A DNA stretch of 17,223 nt from Polyangiaceae bacterium (GCA_044222475.1 JBGANF010000155.1:1-17223); one strand, 5' to 3'; shown: positions 7,701-15,067, numbered from the stretch's first letter. Notes: generated by a model from the letters alone, not told the origin. Translations and numbers: made by a program.

Positions 7701-10270
7701 GGCTCCTCCGTCGTATCGAGGTCGGATGCCTTCCAGTCGGCCACCCGAAACAGACTCTCGAGGTAGGCGAGACCGAAGGGCCCATGGCGCCGAAGGAGAC
7801 CTGCAACACGCTCACCCCACGACGCGCCGAACGTCGGATTGAGGCCCATGGCAGCGCATGCCGTCGAAAGCGTGAGCTCTGGGAGAACATGCTTGGTGCC
7901 GTTCGCGCCCGGCATTTCGAACGCTGGGACGACGTCGCCATCCACGACGCCGTGAATCCCGCCGTGGCCCTTCTCTTGGTCGCGGGGGGTCGACGACCAA
8001 CTCGCTCGAACCTTCCCGTGGTGCGCGCAAACCACGTACGCAAGAAGGTCGAACGATTCGGCGGAGAGCGCAGCGAGCTCGTCCGCGAGCGGATGGGCAT
8101 CGGCGTCCGCCGGAGGTGTCGGAGTCAAACCAAGGAGCTCGAACAGTTCATGGTGCCGCCCAAGGAGCGCGGCGTGATCCGGCGCACGACGGCGAAGGAC
8201 CTCGAAGAGGAGCATCGTCGACACGAGCTCGTGACGAAATCCGGGACGTGTGGGGTACGGAGCCGGGCGGCGCCATGCTTCGCGCGGCGCCTTCGCGACG
8301 GCGCGATCGGTCCATCCAGCCGAGGATCGGACCTCGGGCTTGATCGCCGCCTGGAAGACCCAATGCGCCTTGCCTGAGTCATGCCAACGGCCCGCGAGCT
8401 CCAGGAGCGCTGCGAGTAGTGGATCGAGCCCCGCCTGCTCGGCCAGGCGCTTCGCTTCGACGCCAGCTTCGCGGCCGTGAAGCGCAATCGTCTTCCATGG
8501 ATGCTGCGCACGGTCTTCGGACGCCGAGAGGTCGTCGTCATCCGCGCTCGCGGCGCTGTCTTCGATCCGATCTGAGTCGGCCTCCCTCACGATGACCGCC
8601 ACTGGACCCGCGGCCTTGGCATCCCATCCGCGACGCGCGTCGTAGCCGCCGCCCGCCGCGTCGAAAAGGATGGTCATGCCTGGCACCAATCGGTCGCGTT
8701 CGACGCGCTTCCACGATCCCGTGAGGTAGTCGAGAACGAAGCCTGGTCTCTCCTTCAGAAAGTCGGCCGCTTCACCGATCGGAACAGGGCAGAGCTCGTC
8801 TCGAATGGGCGACTCAATCCCAACGAGGGCACGACTCTCCGGGGCTTCCAGCGCGCGCCAGAACGCCGTCACGTCACGCTCTTCGCCAGTGCGAATGTAG
8901 CGGCTCACGTCGAGATCGGCACCGGAGAGATCCGGGGTGGTGTCGAAGAGATCGTCGAAGTCGCGCCGCCGAAGAACGTGGAGTGGTGTGTACGGATAGA
9001 GCTTCGCGAGAAATGGAACGTCGCTCGTAGCCCACCGTTCTTCGCTCGTCTCGAGGCTCCGCGGGCCGACGTCGTCCTTGATGCGAACGAGGGCCTCCGC
9101 TGCCGCCGACAGCTGCTCTGCGTCGTACGGCGCCGCCTTCCGGGGATCGGCGGGTACGCCTCCGGTCACGAAGACCGTTCCCGACTCGCCGGGGTAGCGT
9201 GCACAACGCCCGAACCTTTGTACCAAACTGGGCCAAGGGGCGAGGTCAGTCACGAGCACTGCAGCAGAGATGTCGACACCGGCCTCGACCACTTGGGTGG
9301 AGACGATGATGCGACCGGGAGGCGGCGGCTTCGCGCTTCGAGCCAGGAAATCCCACGAGCGACGTTCGGCGCCGCGAAACCGCGAGTGAACCAGCTTGAT
9401 CTCCGCGGGCGACTTCCTCTTCTGAAGCGCAGCCTCGACCTTCCTCGCTCGATCCACCGTGTTGACGATGATGAGCGTAGTGCGATCCGGCTCGTGCGCG
9501 CCGAGCGCGATGTCCGCGACCTCTTCGGGAGTGGTCGCCTCGGGCCTGACCTCGAGGCGCTTCTTCACCGCCCAGAGCCCTTCGCTGCGATGACCTGCAC
9601 CGATGATCGTCTTCGGTAGTGGAGCCGCGGCCGTCTCTCGCGCGAAGTCGAAGCTCTTCAGCCAGTCCGACTGGAGGGTCGCGCTCATCCACCAGGAAAA
9701 GGTCGGCCGTAGCGGACCCATCGCACGGTGCGTGTCGCCGCGGCGAAACGCATGAAGCTGAGTGCTCGTTGCAAGCCCGACGTCCATGAGTTGAATCTCG
9801 TCGAGGACCCAAAGCGCATCGCTGTGAAGAAACGCCATCTCCATTGGCCAGAGGCCGCGTGAGGAGCCGTATCCGCGAGCCAGCGCGCGCGAGAGAAGCA
9901 TGTCCTGCGTGCCAACGAGGACCGTGGGCTCCGTCGGACGCCGGAGCCAAGAGCTCTCGTGTCGCCCGCCAAGCAGTGGAATCACCGGAACATCGAGCCC
10001 GGCCTTCGCGATCCAGCCGTGTATCGCGCGCTCGGTCTGCTCCACCAAGACCCGCATCGGAAGGCAGAAGACGAGACGGGCTGGCCACGCGGCGTTGTGA
10101 TTGAGGGCGCGATGAAAGAGCCAGGGAAGGACGACGCCGGCGGTCTTTCCGAAGCCGGTCGGAATTCGGAGGAGTCGGTCGCGACATTCCGGATCGGTCC
10201 CGACCTCGACCTGCCACGGGTGCGCGGGGAAACCCGCCACGTCTCTGAACCAGGGTTCGAATGCGGTCAC
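7697..10270 (-). CDS. cas3: Type I-G Cas3 (N-terminal SF2 helicase, C-terminal HD nuclease)
   Basis: 857 aa. Helicase motifs PTGFGKT, LDEIQ, MSAT, STQVVEAGVDIS and QRFGRCAR precede HD motifs LH, WHDSGK, FRHE, HHG and ADWKAS. GTG start with a GGAGGAG Shine-Dalgarno upstream. Confidence 0.96.
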   Translation of the reverse strand: MTAFEPWFRDVAGFPAHPWQVEVGTDPECRDRLLRIPTGFGKTAGVVLPWLFHRALNHNAAWPARLVFCLPMRVLVEQTERAIHGWIAKAGLDVPVIPLLGGRHESSWLRRPTEPTVLVGTQDMLLSRALARGYGSSRGLWPMEMAFLHSDALWVLDEIQLMDVGLATSTQLHAFRRGDTHRAMGPLRPTFSWWMSATLQSDWLKSFDFARETAAAPLPKTIIGAGHRSEGLWAVKKRLEVRPEATTPEEVADIALGAHEPDRTTLIIVNTVDRARKVEAALQKRKSPAEIKLVHSRFRGAERRSWDFLARSAKPPPPGRIIVSTQVVEAGVDISAAVLVTDLAPWPSLVQRFGRCARYPGESGTVFVTGGVPADPRKAAPYDAEQLSAAAEALVRIKDDVGPRSLETSEERWATSDVPFLAKLYPYTPLHVLRRRDFDDLFDTTPDLSGADLDVSRYIRTGEERDVTAFWRALEAPESRALVGIESPIRDELCPVPIGEAADFLKERPGFVLDYLTGSWKRVERDRLVPGMTILFDAAGGGYDARRGWDAKAAGPVAVIVREADSDRIEDSAASADDDDLSASEDRAQHPWKTIALHGREAGVEAKRLAEQAGLDPLLAALLELAGRWHDSGKAHWVFQAAIKPEVRSSAGWTDRAVAKAPREAWRRPAPYPTRPGFRHELVSTMLLFEVLRRRAPDHAALLGRHHELFELLGLTPTPPADADAHPLADELAALSAESFDLLAYVVCAHHGKVRASWSSTPRDQEKGHGGIHGVVDGDVVPAFEMPGANGTKHVLPELTLSTACAAMGLNPTFGASWGERVAGLLRRHGPFGLAYLESLFRVADWKASDLDTTEEP

Positions 10271-10298
10271 GATGTCACTCTCCTCCCCTTCCAGTCCG

Positions 10299-11264
10299 TC
10301 ATCGCTTCGCTCGAATACGCACGGCAGACCGCCCGTTCAGGTACTTCGCTCCCCCCGCCCTCACCGCACCCTCCGCCAGCTCTTTCACCGCGTTCGCGAG
10401 ACCGACCGACTCGCACACGGCGGCATCGCCGAGCGCGACGACGAACCCCGCGACGACCGGCAGCCCCGCGCTGCTCGCGCTCGCTCTGAATGAGCCATCC
10501 GCGAGCACCGCGCCTCGCACGCCATCGGGAAGGTTGTGCGCGACCCATCGAACCTTGGGCCCACGAACGACGAACGTCTCCTCTCCGTCCGCGCCATCGA
10601 AGAAGCCGCCGACACTGCTCCCCACGCGCCGCTCGAGCTCCGCCGTGTCTGCCTCACGAAACGACTCCTCGCCATCGAGATGCGCCGCGTGGATGCTCGA
10701 CACTCGAAACGCGCGCAGCTTCCCCGCTCGGTGACACACCGCGAGAAACCGACTCGGCGGCCCCGGCATGATCCGCGCGACCGACACGACCCGCCACTCG
10801 GTTCCACCGCGATGCGCGCTCGAGTACTTCATCTTGAGCGGTACCAAGCGCGACGCTGCGTCTTCCACGACGGCGAGGTGTCTCTCGTCCTCGGGCGAAA
10901 CCTCCGGCGGATCGACGCGCATCGGCCGCGCGAGCCTCGAGTCCTTCTGGAGCAGCAGTGTGAGCAACCGATCCCGCTCGACCGAACGCGGCGCACGGGC
11001 GAGCAGTCGCAGGATCGCAGCTCCATCCGATCCGCGCAGCACCAGCCCCTCGGGCTTCCACTCGGGCGACACCTGCCAGAACACGTCGGGATGCTCCGTC
11101 GTGCTCGTGAGCGGGATGTGCTTCGTGAGGAGGACAAGGTGTTTCCGCAGCGCCGGTACCGTCATCTCGAGGCGCCGAGCGAGCTCCGCCTGGCGCCACC
11201 GCTTCCGGTCGACGAACGCTCCAAAGAGCTCGACGACCGTCTCGACTCCGCTTCGCCGCCCCAT
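10299..11264 (-). CDS. wHTH-WYL-domain transcriptional regulator
   Basis: 321 aa. N-terminal HTH (QAELARRLEMTVPALRKHL) and WYL core (LKMKYSSAHRG...WRVVSVARI...FLAVCHRAGKLRAFRVSSI). Ends 28 nt before cas3 on the same strand. Confidence 0.88.
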   Translation of the reverse strand: MGRRSGVETVVELFGAFVDRKRWRQAELARRLEMTVPALRKHLVLLTKHIPLTSTTEHPDVFWQVSPEWKPEGLVLRGSDGAAILRLLARAPRSVERDRLLTLLLQKDSRLARPMRVDPPEVSPEDERHLAVVEDAASRLVPLKMKYSSAHRGGTEWRVVSVARIMPGPPSRFLAVCHRAGKLRAFRVSSIHAAHLDGEESFREADTAELERRVGSSVGGFFDGADGEETFVVRGPKVRWVAHNLPDGVRGAVLADGSFRASASSAGLPVVAGFVVALGDAAVCESVGLANAVKELAEGAVRAGGAKYLNGRSAVRIRAKR

Positions 11265-11381
11265 CGGACCGACGAGACTATCGATGGAACCGCATCGATG
11301 GAAGTCGCTTCACCGAATCGTCGCTGCCCAAGTTGGGACAGTTTGCCTCCCGGTCCGCTCAGCCATACGATAGTCGCCGCG
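11265..11381. promoter_or_regulatory. Divergent promoter region between the WYL-cas operon and the AP2 gene
   Basis: Plus strand TTGCCT(11343-11348)-N17-TACGAT(11366-11371). Minus strand TAGTCT -10-like hexamer (11275-11280). Palindromes ATCGATG-N6-CATCGAT (11280-11299) and CCCAA-G-TTGGG (11327-11337). Confidence 0.6.
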
Positions 11382-12380
11382 ATGGCGACGTTCGCGGCGG
11401 GTCTCAGCACCGGCAAGCGTGGGAGCACGATCTACCTCGGACGGTGGGCGACGAAAGAGCTTGCTGAGCTCGCTCGTGACCGGGCTGCGCTTCACCTCGA
11501 GCTGGATGTCCCGCTCCGAAACCCACGCCGCGCGAGGCGGCTCGGCCCCGCCTCGCCCGAAGAGCTTCGACGTCTCGCTCGGCGGCACGCACCGAGTCGA
11601 TCGAGCAAGTACTGGGGGGTCTCGTACCTGGCTCGTCAGCGCCGCTTCTATGCCTACGTCGACCATGACGGGGCGCGTCTGATCGTCGGGATCTTCCGCA
11701 CCGAGGTCGAGGCGGCGATCGCCGTCGATCGTGTGGCCCTCCGCGTGGGACGCACGGCGTCGAACTTCCCCGAGCGCAAGCTGACGCCGGCGAGCCCCGA
11801 GCAGATCAAACAGGAGCGGCACCGTCGACGGAAGAGGGCGACCACCAGCAAGTACATTGGCGTCGTCCACATCGACAGCGATGGCGGACGTCCGTGGCAC
11901 TTCTACCTGAACGGGACGGGCGGCCACACCGCCATCGGTGGCTTCGGCAACGAACGGGATGCCGCGATCGCTCACGATCGCGCGGCGCTTCGCTACTGCA
12001 CGCGTCCCCTCCTCAATTTCCCGGACGAGGCGCGTGCGCTCGGGCCGATCGACTTCGCGACCTTGCGCAAGCAAGTTCGGGCCGAGCGAAAGAAGACGAC
12101 GTCCAGCCGTTACCGAGGCGTCTGCTGGAACAAGCGGCGGCACAAGTGGTACGCGGCGATCCGTGCAGCAGGAACCAACTATTACCTCGGCGTCTTCGAC
12201 GACGAGGCGGACGCGGCTCACGCGTACGACGCGGCCGCCTCCCGCCTCCTCGGCGACGAGGCCATCCTGAACTTCTCCGACGACGAGTCTCAGCGGCAGA
12301 ACGCGGTGAGCTCCGCGAGGGTGCAACCGAGGTTGCGCTCCACGCGAGCCGCGTCGAGGCGGACGACGCGGACACCGTAG
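11382..12380 (+). CDS. Tandem AP2-domain DNA-binding protein (3 complete plus 1 N-terminally partial AP2 domains), 332 aa
   Basis: Repeats SSKYWGV..., TSKYIGV... and SSRYRGVCWNKRRHKWYAAI...YLGVFDDEADAAHAYDAAASRLLGDEAILNF match the AP2/ERF signature. Start taken as ATG 11382 because the longer ORF call is antisense to the WYL gene. Confidence 0.88.
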   Translation: MATFAAGLSTGKRGSTIYLGRWATKELAELARDRAALHLELDVPLRNPRRARRLGPASPEELRRLARRHAPSRSSKYWGVSYLARQRRFYAYVDHDGARLIVGIFRTEVEAAIAVDRVALRVGRTASNFPERKLTPASPEQIKQERHRRRKRATTSKYIGVVHIDSDGGRPWHFYLNGTGGHTAIGGFGNERDAAIAHDRAALRYCTRPLLNFPDEARALGPIDFATLRKQVRAERKKTTSSRYRGVCWNKRRHKWYAAIRAAGTNYYLGVFDDEADAAHAYDAAASRLLGDEAILNFSDDESQRQNAVSSARVQPRLRSTRAASRRTTRTP

Positions 12381-12649
12381 AGCCGCACGAGCTCCGCGTC
12401 GCGAGCGGCGTCTTCGGCCGAGCGCTCCGCGTGGTAGCCGCCGTCGACTTCGACGGCGAGCTTCAGCGAGGGGGCGTAGAAGTCGACGATGAACGGATGA
12501 AGTACGTGCTGGCGCCGGAACTTGATGCCCCGGAAGCGCCGGTCGCGAAGCGCGTTCCACATGATCGCCTCCGACGCGGTGGGCGCCTTGCGATGCATCC
12601 GAGCGAATTCCGTGAGAGTGAACAGCGAAGGGGCGAGCGGTGAGGTCAT
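12290..12649 (-). CDS. DUF559 / Vsr-like (very-short-patch-repair-type) endonuclease, 119 aa
   Basis: ARMHRKAPTASEAIMWNALRDRRFRGIKFRRQHVLHPFIVDFYAPSLKLAVEVDGGYH...RD..L...G.RVVR is the DUF559 pattern. Start taken as ATG 12649. Confidence 0.9.
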   Translation of the reverse strand: MTSPLAPSLFTLTEFARMHRKAPTASEAIMWNALRDRRFRGIKFRRQHVLHPFIVDFYAPSLKLAVEVDGGYHAERSAEDAARDAELVRLYGVRVVRLDAARVERNLGCTLAELTAFCR

Positions 12650-12770
12650 GCCCCCCACCGCGGAAGATTCGTGACAAGCGCAACGGAGTACGTCTCGGGC
12701 ATGTCGAGCTCGCAACGCGGGCGCTTGGCGCGAATCTTCCGCTTCGGGGCATGACCTCACCGCTCGCCCC
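12630..12770. repeat. Long imperfect inverted repeat covering the DUF559 start codon
   Basis: Perfect 25-bp outer arms (12630-12654 / 12746-12770), 22-bp inner arms with 2 mismatches (12660-12681 / 12721-12742), and a 39-nt loop. Confidence 0.92.
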
Positions 12771-12865
12771 GAAGCGATCATTCGCCGCAGATTCAGCGAC
12801 GAACGAAATGGGTGTGCATCGCGCGTCGCGCCGGCAGGTATCGTGTACCAACTAGGTACACCGGT

Positions 12866-12947
12866 GGAACCACTCTCCCCGCTTGGCGCGAAGCGCCAAG
12901 CAAGGGGAGAGTCGCGGCGCGAAGCGCCGCGGTGAGGGGCATCCCCC
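12866..12947. repeat. 82-bp REP-like palindromic element, copy 1
   Basis: GGAACC-ACTCTCCCC-[9-bp stem, GAA loop]-AA-GGGGAGAGT-[8-bp stem, GAA loop]-GTGAGGGGCATCCCCC; 69/82 identical to copy 2, same orientation. Confidence 0.9.
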
Positions 12948-12955
12948 CGCCCGCT

Positions 12956-13858
12956 CTACTTCACATAAAGCGCCGCCGCGGCAATCCCCGCCCCGCGGCT
13001 GACCTTGACGACGTACTTGCCCGGGGTCTGAAACGGAGCCGGGAACGGCAGCTTGTAGCAGTTGCCCTTCCCGCCCATCGACGCCTGCGCGCCGGACGTG
13101 GTGTCACGCGCGACGACGCCGTTGAAGCCCGGGATCTGCACCTGCGGCGTGACGACGAGCGCGATGTCGACCTCGGCGATGGCGCCGACGCCCATCGCGA
13201 GCACCGTGTAGCACTTGCCGCCGACGAGGTTGACCGGCTGCTCGAGGATCTGTCCTTCTTGGAAGTTGCCCGCGATCAGGTTGCCTTCGCGTGCCATGCC
13301 GGGAGCTTCGGTCTGAGCGAACGCGGCGAGCGGGAACGTCGCGACGCCGGCGAAGTTCGGATCGATCGCTTGCGCCGCACTGCCGGCCGGAGGCGCACCG
13401 CCGGCTCCGGGGAACGGCGGGAGGCCGGTGGGCAATCCCGTCGGGACGGGGAACGGAAGCCCGGTCGCGGTCGCGGTCGCGGTCGGCGGTGCAGTCGCCG
13501 TCGCGGTCGCGGTGGGAGGAGGCGCGGTATACGTCGCGGTGGGAGGCGGCGCGGTGTACGTGGCCGTCGGCTGCGGCGGGTACTGATTCGGCGGGTACTG
13601 ATTCGGCGGATACTGATTCGGCGGGTATTGGCCGGGCGGGTATTGGCCGGGCGGGTACTGGCCGGGCGGGTACTGGCCGGGCGGGTACTGGCCGGGCGGG
13701 TACTGGCCGGGCGGATACTGGCCCGGGGGGTACTGCGTGGCCGTGGCGGTCGCGGTCGCCTGCGCGGTCTGGGGCGGCGGGTCCGTCTTCTTCTCGCAAG
13801 CGAGGAAGAACGGAAGGATCGCACACGAAGCCACGGAGAGCAGGAGAACGTTGCGCAT
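12956..13858 (-). CDS. Putative lipoprotein with QYPP tandem repeats, Thr/Ala/Pro linker and a C-terminal globular domain (300 aa)
   Basis: Signal peptide [21 protein letters not shown] with lipobox FLAC; low-complexity middle; C-terminal beta-rich domain with two Cys (GKCYTV...GNCYK). Start taken as ATG 13858. Confidence 0.85.
   Translation of the reverse strand: MRNVLLLSVASCAILPFFLACEKKTDPPPQTAQATATATATQYPPGQYPPGQYPPGQYPPGQYPPGQYPPGQYPPGQYPPNQYPPNQYPPNQYPPQPTATYTAPPPTATYTAPPPTATATATAPPTATATATGLPFPVPTGLPTGLPPFPGAGGAPPAGSAAQAIDPNFAGVATFPLAAFAQTEAPGMAREGNLIAGNFQEGQILEQPVNLVGGKCYTVLAMGVGAIAEVDIALVVTPQVQIPGFNGVVARDTTSGAQASMGGKGNCYKLPFPAPFQTPGKYVVKVSRGAGIAAAALYVK
13571..13735 (-). repeat. Coding tandem repeat, 11 x 15 bp (QYPPG x7, QYPPN x3, QYPPQ x1)
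   Basis: Plus-strand units are variants of gccgggcgggtactg / attcggcgggtactg, counted directly. Confidence 0.95.
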
Positions 13859-13910
13859 GGGGGCGAAGGATAGACGAATCCCGGCGCCTTTCCATCCAAT
13901 GCGTGGCTGA

Positions 13911-14951
13911 ATGTTCGCCGTGAGCAGTCCGATCGCGATCGAACGCCGCAAGGAGGGGATCTACCTGCCGACGTTGGATCTGTTCTTGGATCCGACGGGC
14001 CCGGTGCCGCGCGCGTACCTCTCCCATGCACACGCGGACCACGCGGGCGGAGCGCAGTCGGGCGTCGTGTTCGCGTCCCGCGAGACGGTCGCGCTGGTCC
14101 GCGCGCGCCTCGCGGACTCCGAGCGAGATGCGTTCTCGAGCCGCGCGCGGCCGCTCGACTTCGGAGAGATCATCGACGAAGCGGGAGCGAAGCTCGCCGT
14201 CCAACCCGCCGGTCACGTGCTCGGCGCGAGCCAGCTCGTCGTCGATCACGCGGGCGGCCGCTTCGTCTACACCGGCGACGTCTCGCTCGGCGGCGGGCGC
14301 ACGCACGACGAGGGGCGCGCCATCGCGTGCGACGATCTCCTGATCGAGTCGACGTTCGGTGTCCCGATCTTCCAGTGGCCCGACAAGGAGGCGGAAACGG
14401 CCCGGTTGATTGCATTCTGCAAAGAGTCGATCGACACCGGGAAGCGCGCGCTCGTCCTCGGCTATGCGCTCGGAAAGGCGCAGGAGCTCTGCGCTGCTCT
14501 CCTCGCTCACGGCATCGATCCGGTGCTCCACGGCGCGGCGTACCGCGTGGCGGTGGCGTACGAAGTGCTGGGGGTATCGCTCGGGATCCGAGACGGCCGC
14601 ACTCGGGCCTACGCGCACACGTCGCGCGCGGAGCCGGCGGTGGTGGTCGCGCCGCCGTGGTCGGCGAAGGCGCTCTCGAAAGGGAAGGTCGCGGTCGCCT
14701 ACTGCTCGGGGTTCGCCCTGATCGATGCGCACGTGGATCGCTACCGCGCCGATGCGGGCTTCGTCCTGTCGGACCACGCGAGCTTCGACGATCTCCTGAC
14801 GATCGCGCGCGCGAGCGGAGCGAAGCGCATACGAACGACCCACGGCCAAGCCGAGGAGCTCGCGCGCCAACTCGCGCGGTCAGGCATCGAGGCTACGGCT
14901 CTCGCCGGCGACGCCATCGACGACGACGCGCGCCCGGAGGTGTTGCCATGA
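13911..14951 (+). CDS. MBL-fold (beta-CASP-type) ligase-associated exonuclease
   Basis: 346 aa with [40 protein letters not shown] and THG motifs; upstream of an ATP-dependent ligase. GTG 13920 is an alternative start. Confidence 0.9.
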   Translation: MFAVSSPIAIERRKEGIYLPTLDLFLDPTGPVPRAYLSHAHADHAGGAQSGVVFASRETVALVRARLADSERDAFSSRARPLDFGEIIDEAGAKLAVQPAGHVLGASQLVVDHAGGRFVYTGDVSLGGGRTHDEGRAIACDDLLIESTFGVPIFQWPDKEAETARLIAFCKESIDTGKRALVLGYALGKAQELCAALLAHGIDPVLHGAAYRVAVAYEVLGVSLGIRDGRTRAYAHTSRAEPAVVVAPPWSAKALSKGKVAVAYCSGFALIDAHVDRYRADAGFVLSDHASFDDLLTIARASGAKRIRTTHGQAEELARQLARSGIEATALAGDAIDDDARPEVLP

Positions 14952-15067
14952 CCCAACGGCGTAAGCACCCGTCGTCGCGCGGGAACCACTCTCCCCGCGG
15001 CCGGCGACGCCGGCCGCTTGGGGAGAGTCGCGGCGCGAAGCGCCGCGGTGAGGGGCATCCCCCATGA
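14948..15067 (+). CDS. Possible 39-aa bridging mini-ORF ([10 protein letters not shown]...GEGHPP) read through REP-like copy 2
   Basis: Its ATG overlaps the exonuclease TGA (ATGA 14948-14951) and its TGA overlaps the ligase ATG (ATGA 15064-15067). No evidence that the peptide itself has a function. Confidence 0.4.
   Translation: MTQRRKHPSSRGNHSPRGRRRRPLGESRGAKRRGEGHPP
14982..15063. repeat. 82-bp REP-like palindromic element, copy 2
   Basis: Same architecture and length as 12866-12947; the last 44 nt are identical; ends immediately before the ligase ATG. Confidence 0.9.

Noticed and set aside
7697..8500. HD nuclease at the C-terminus of Cas3
   Set aside because: This domain order is the known type I-G arrangement, not a novelty.
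10358..10367. CCCTCACCGC core of the REP-like family inside the WYL gene
   Set aside because: It lies in coding sequence (AVRA), has none of the hairpin scaffold, and a 10-mer match is plausible by chance in GC-rich DNA.
10536..11381. N-terminal 282 aa of the 614-aa ORF call for the AP2 protein
   Set aside because: It overlaps the WYL gene antisense, and a sigma70-like promoter just before ATG 11382 supports the shorter start.
13571..13735. 15-bp tandem array as a possible CRISPR-like or non-coding guide array
   Set aside because: No spacers; variation is confined to synonymous positions and one codon per unit, in frame with the lipoprotein, so it is a coding repeat.
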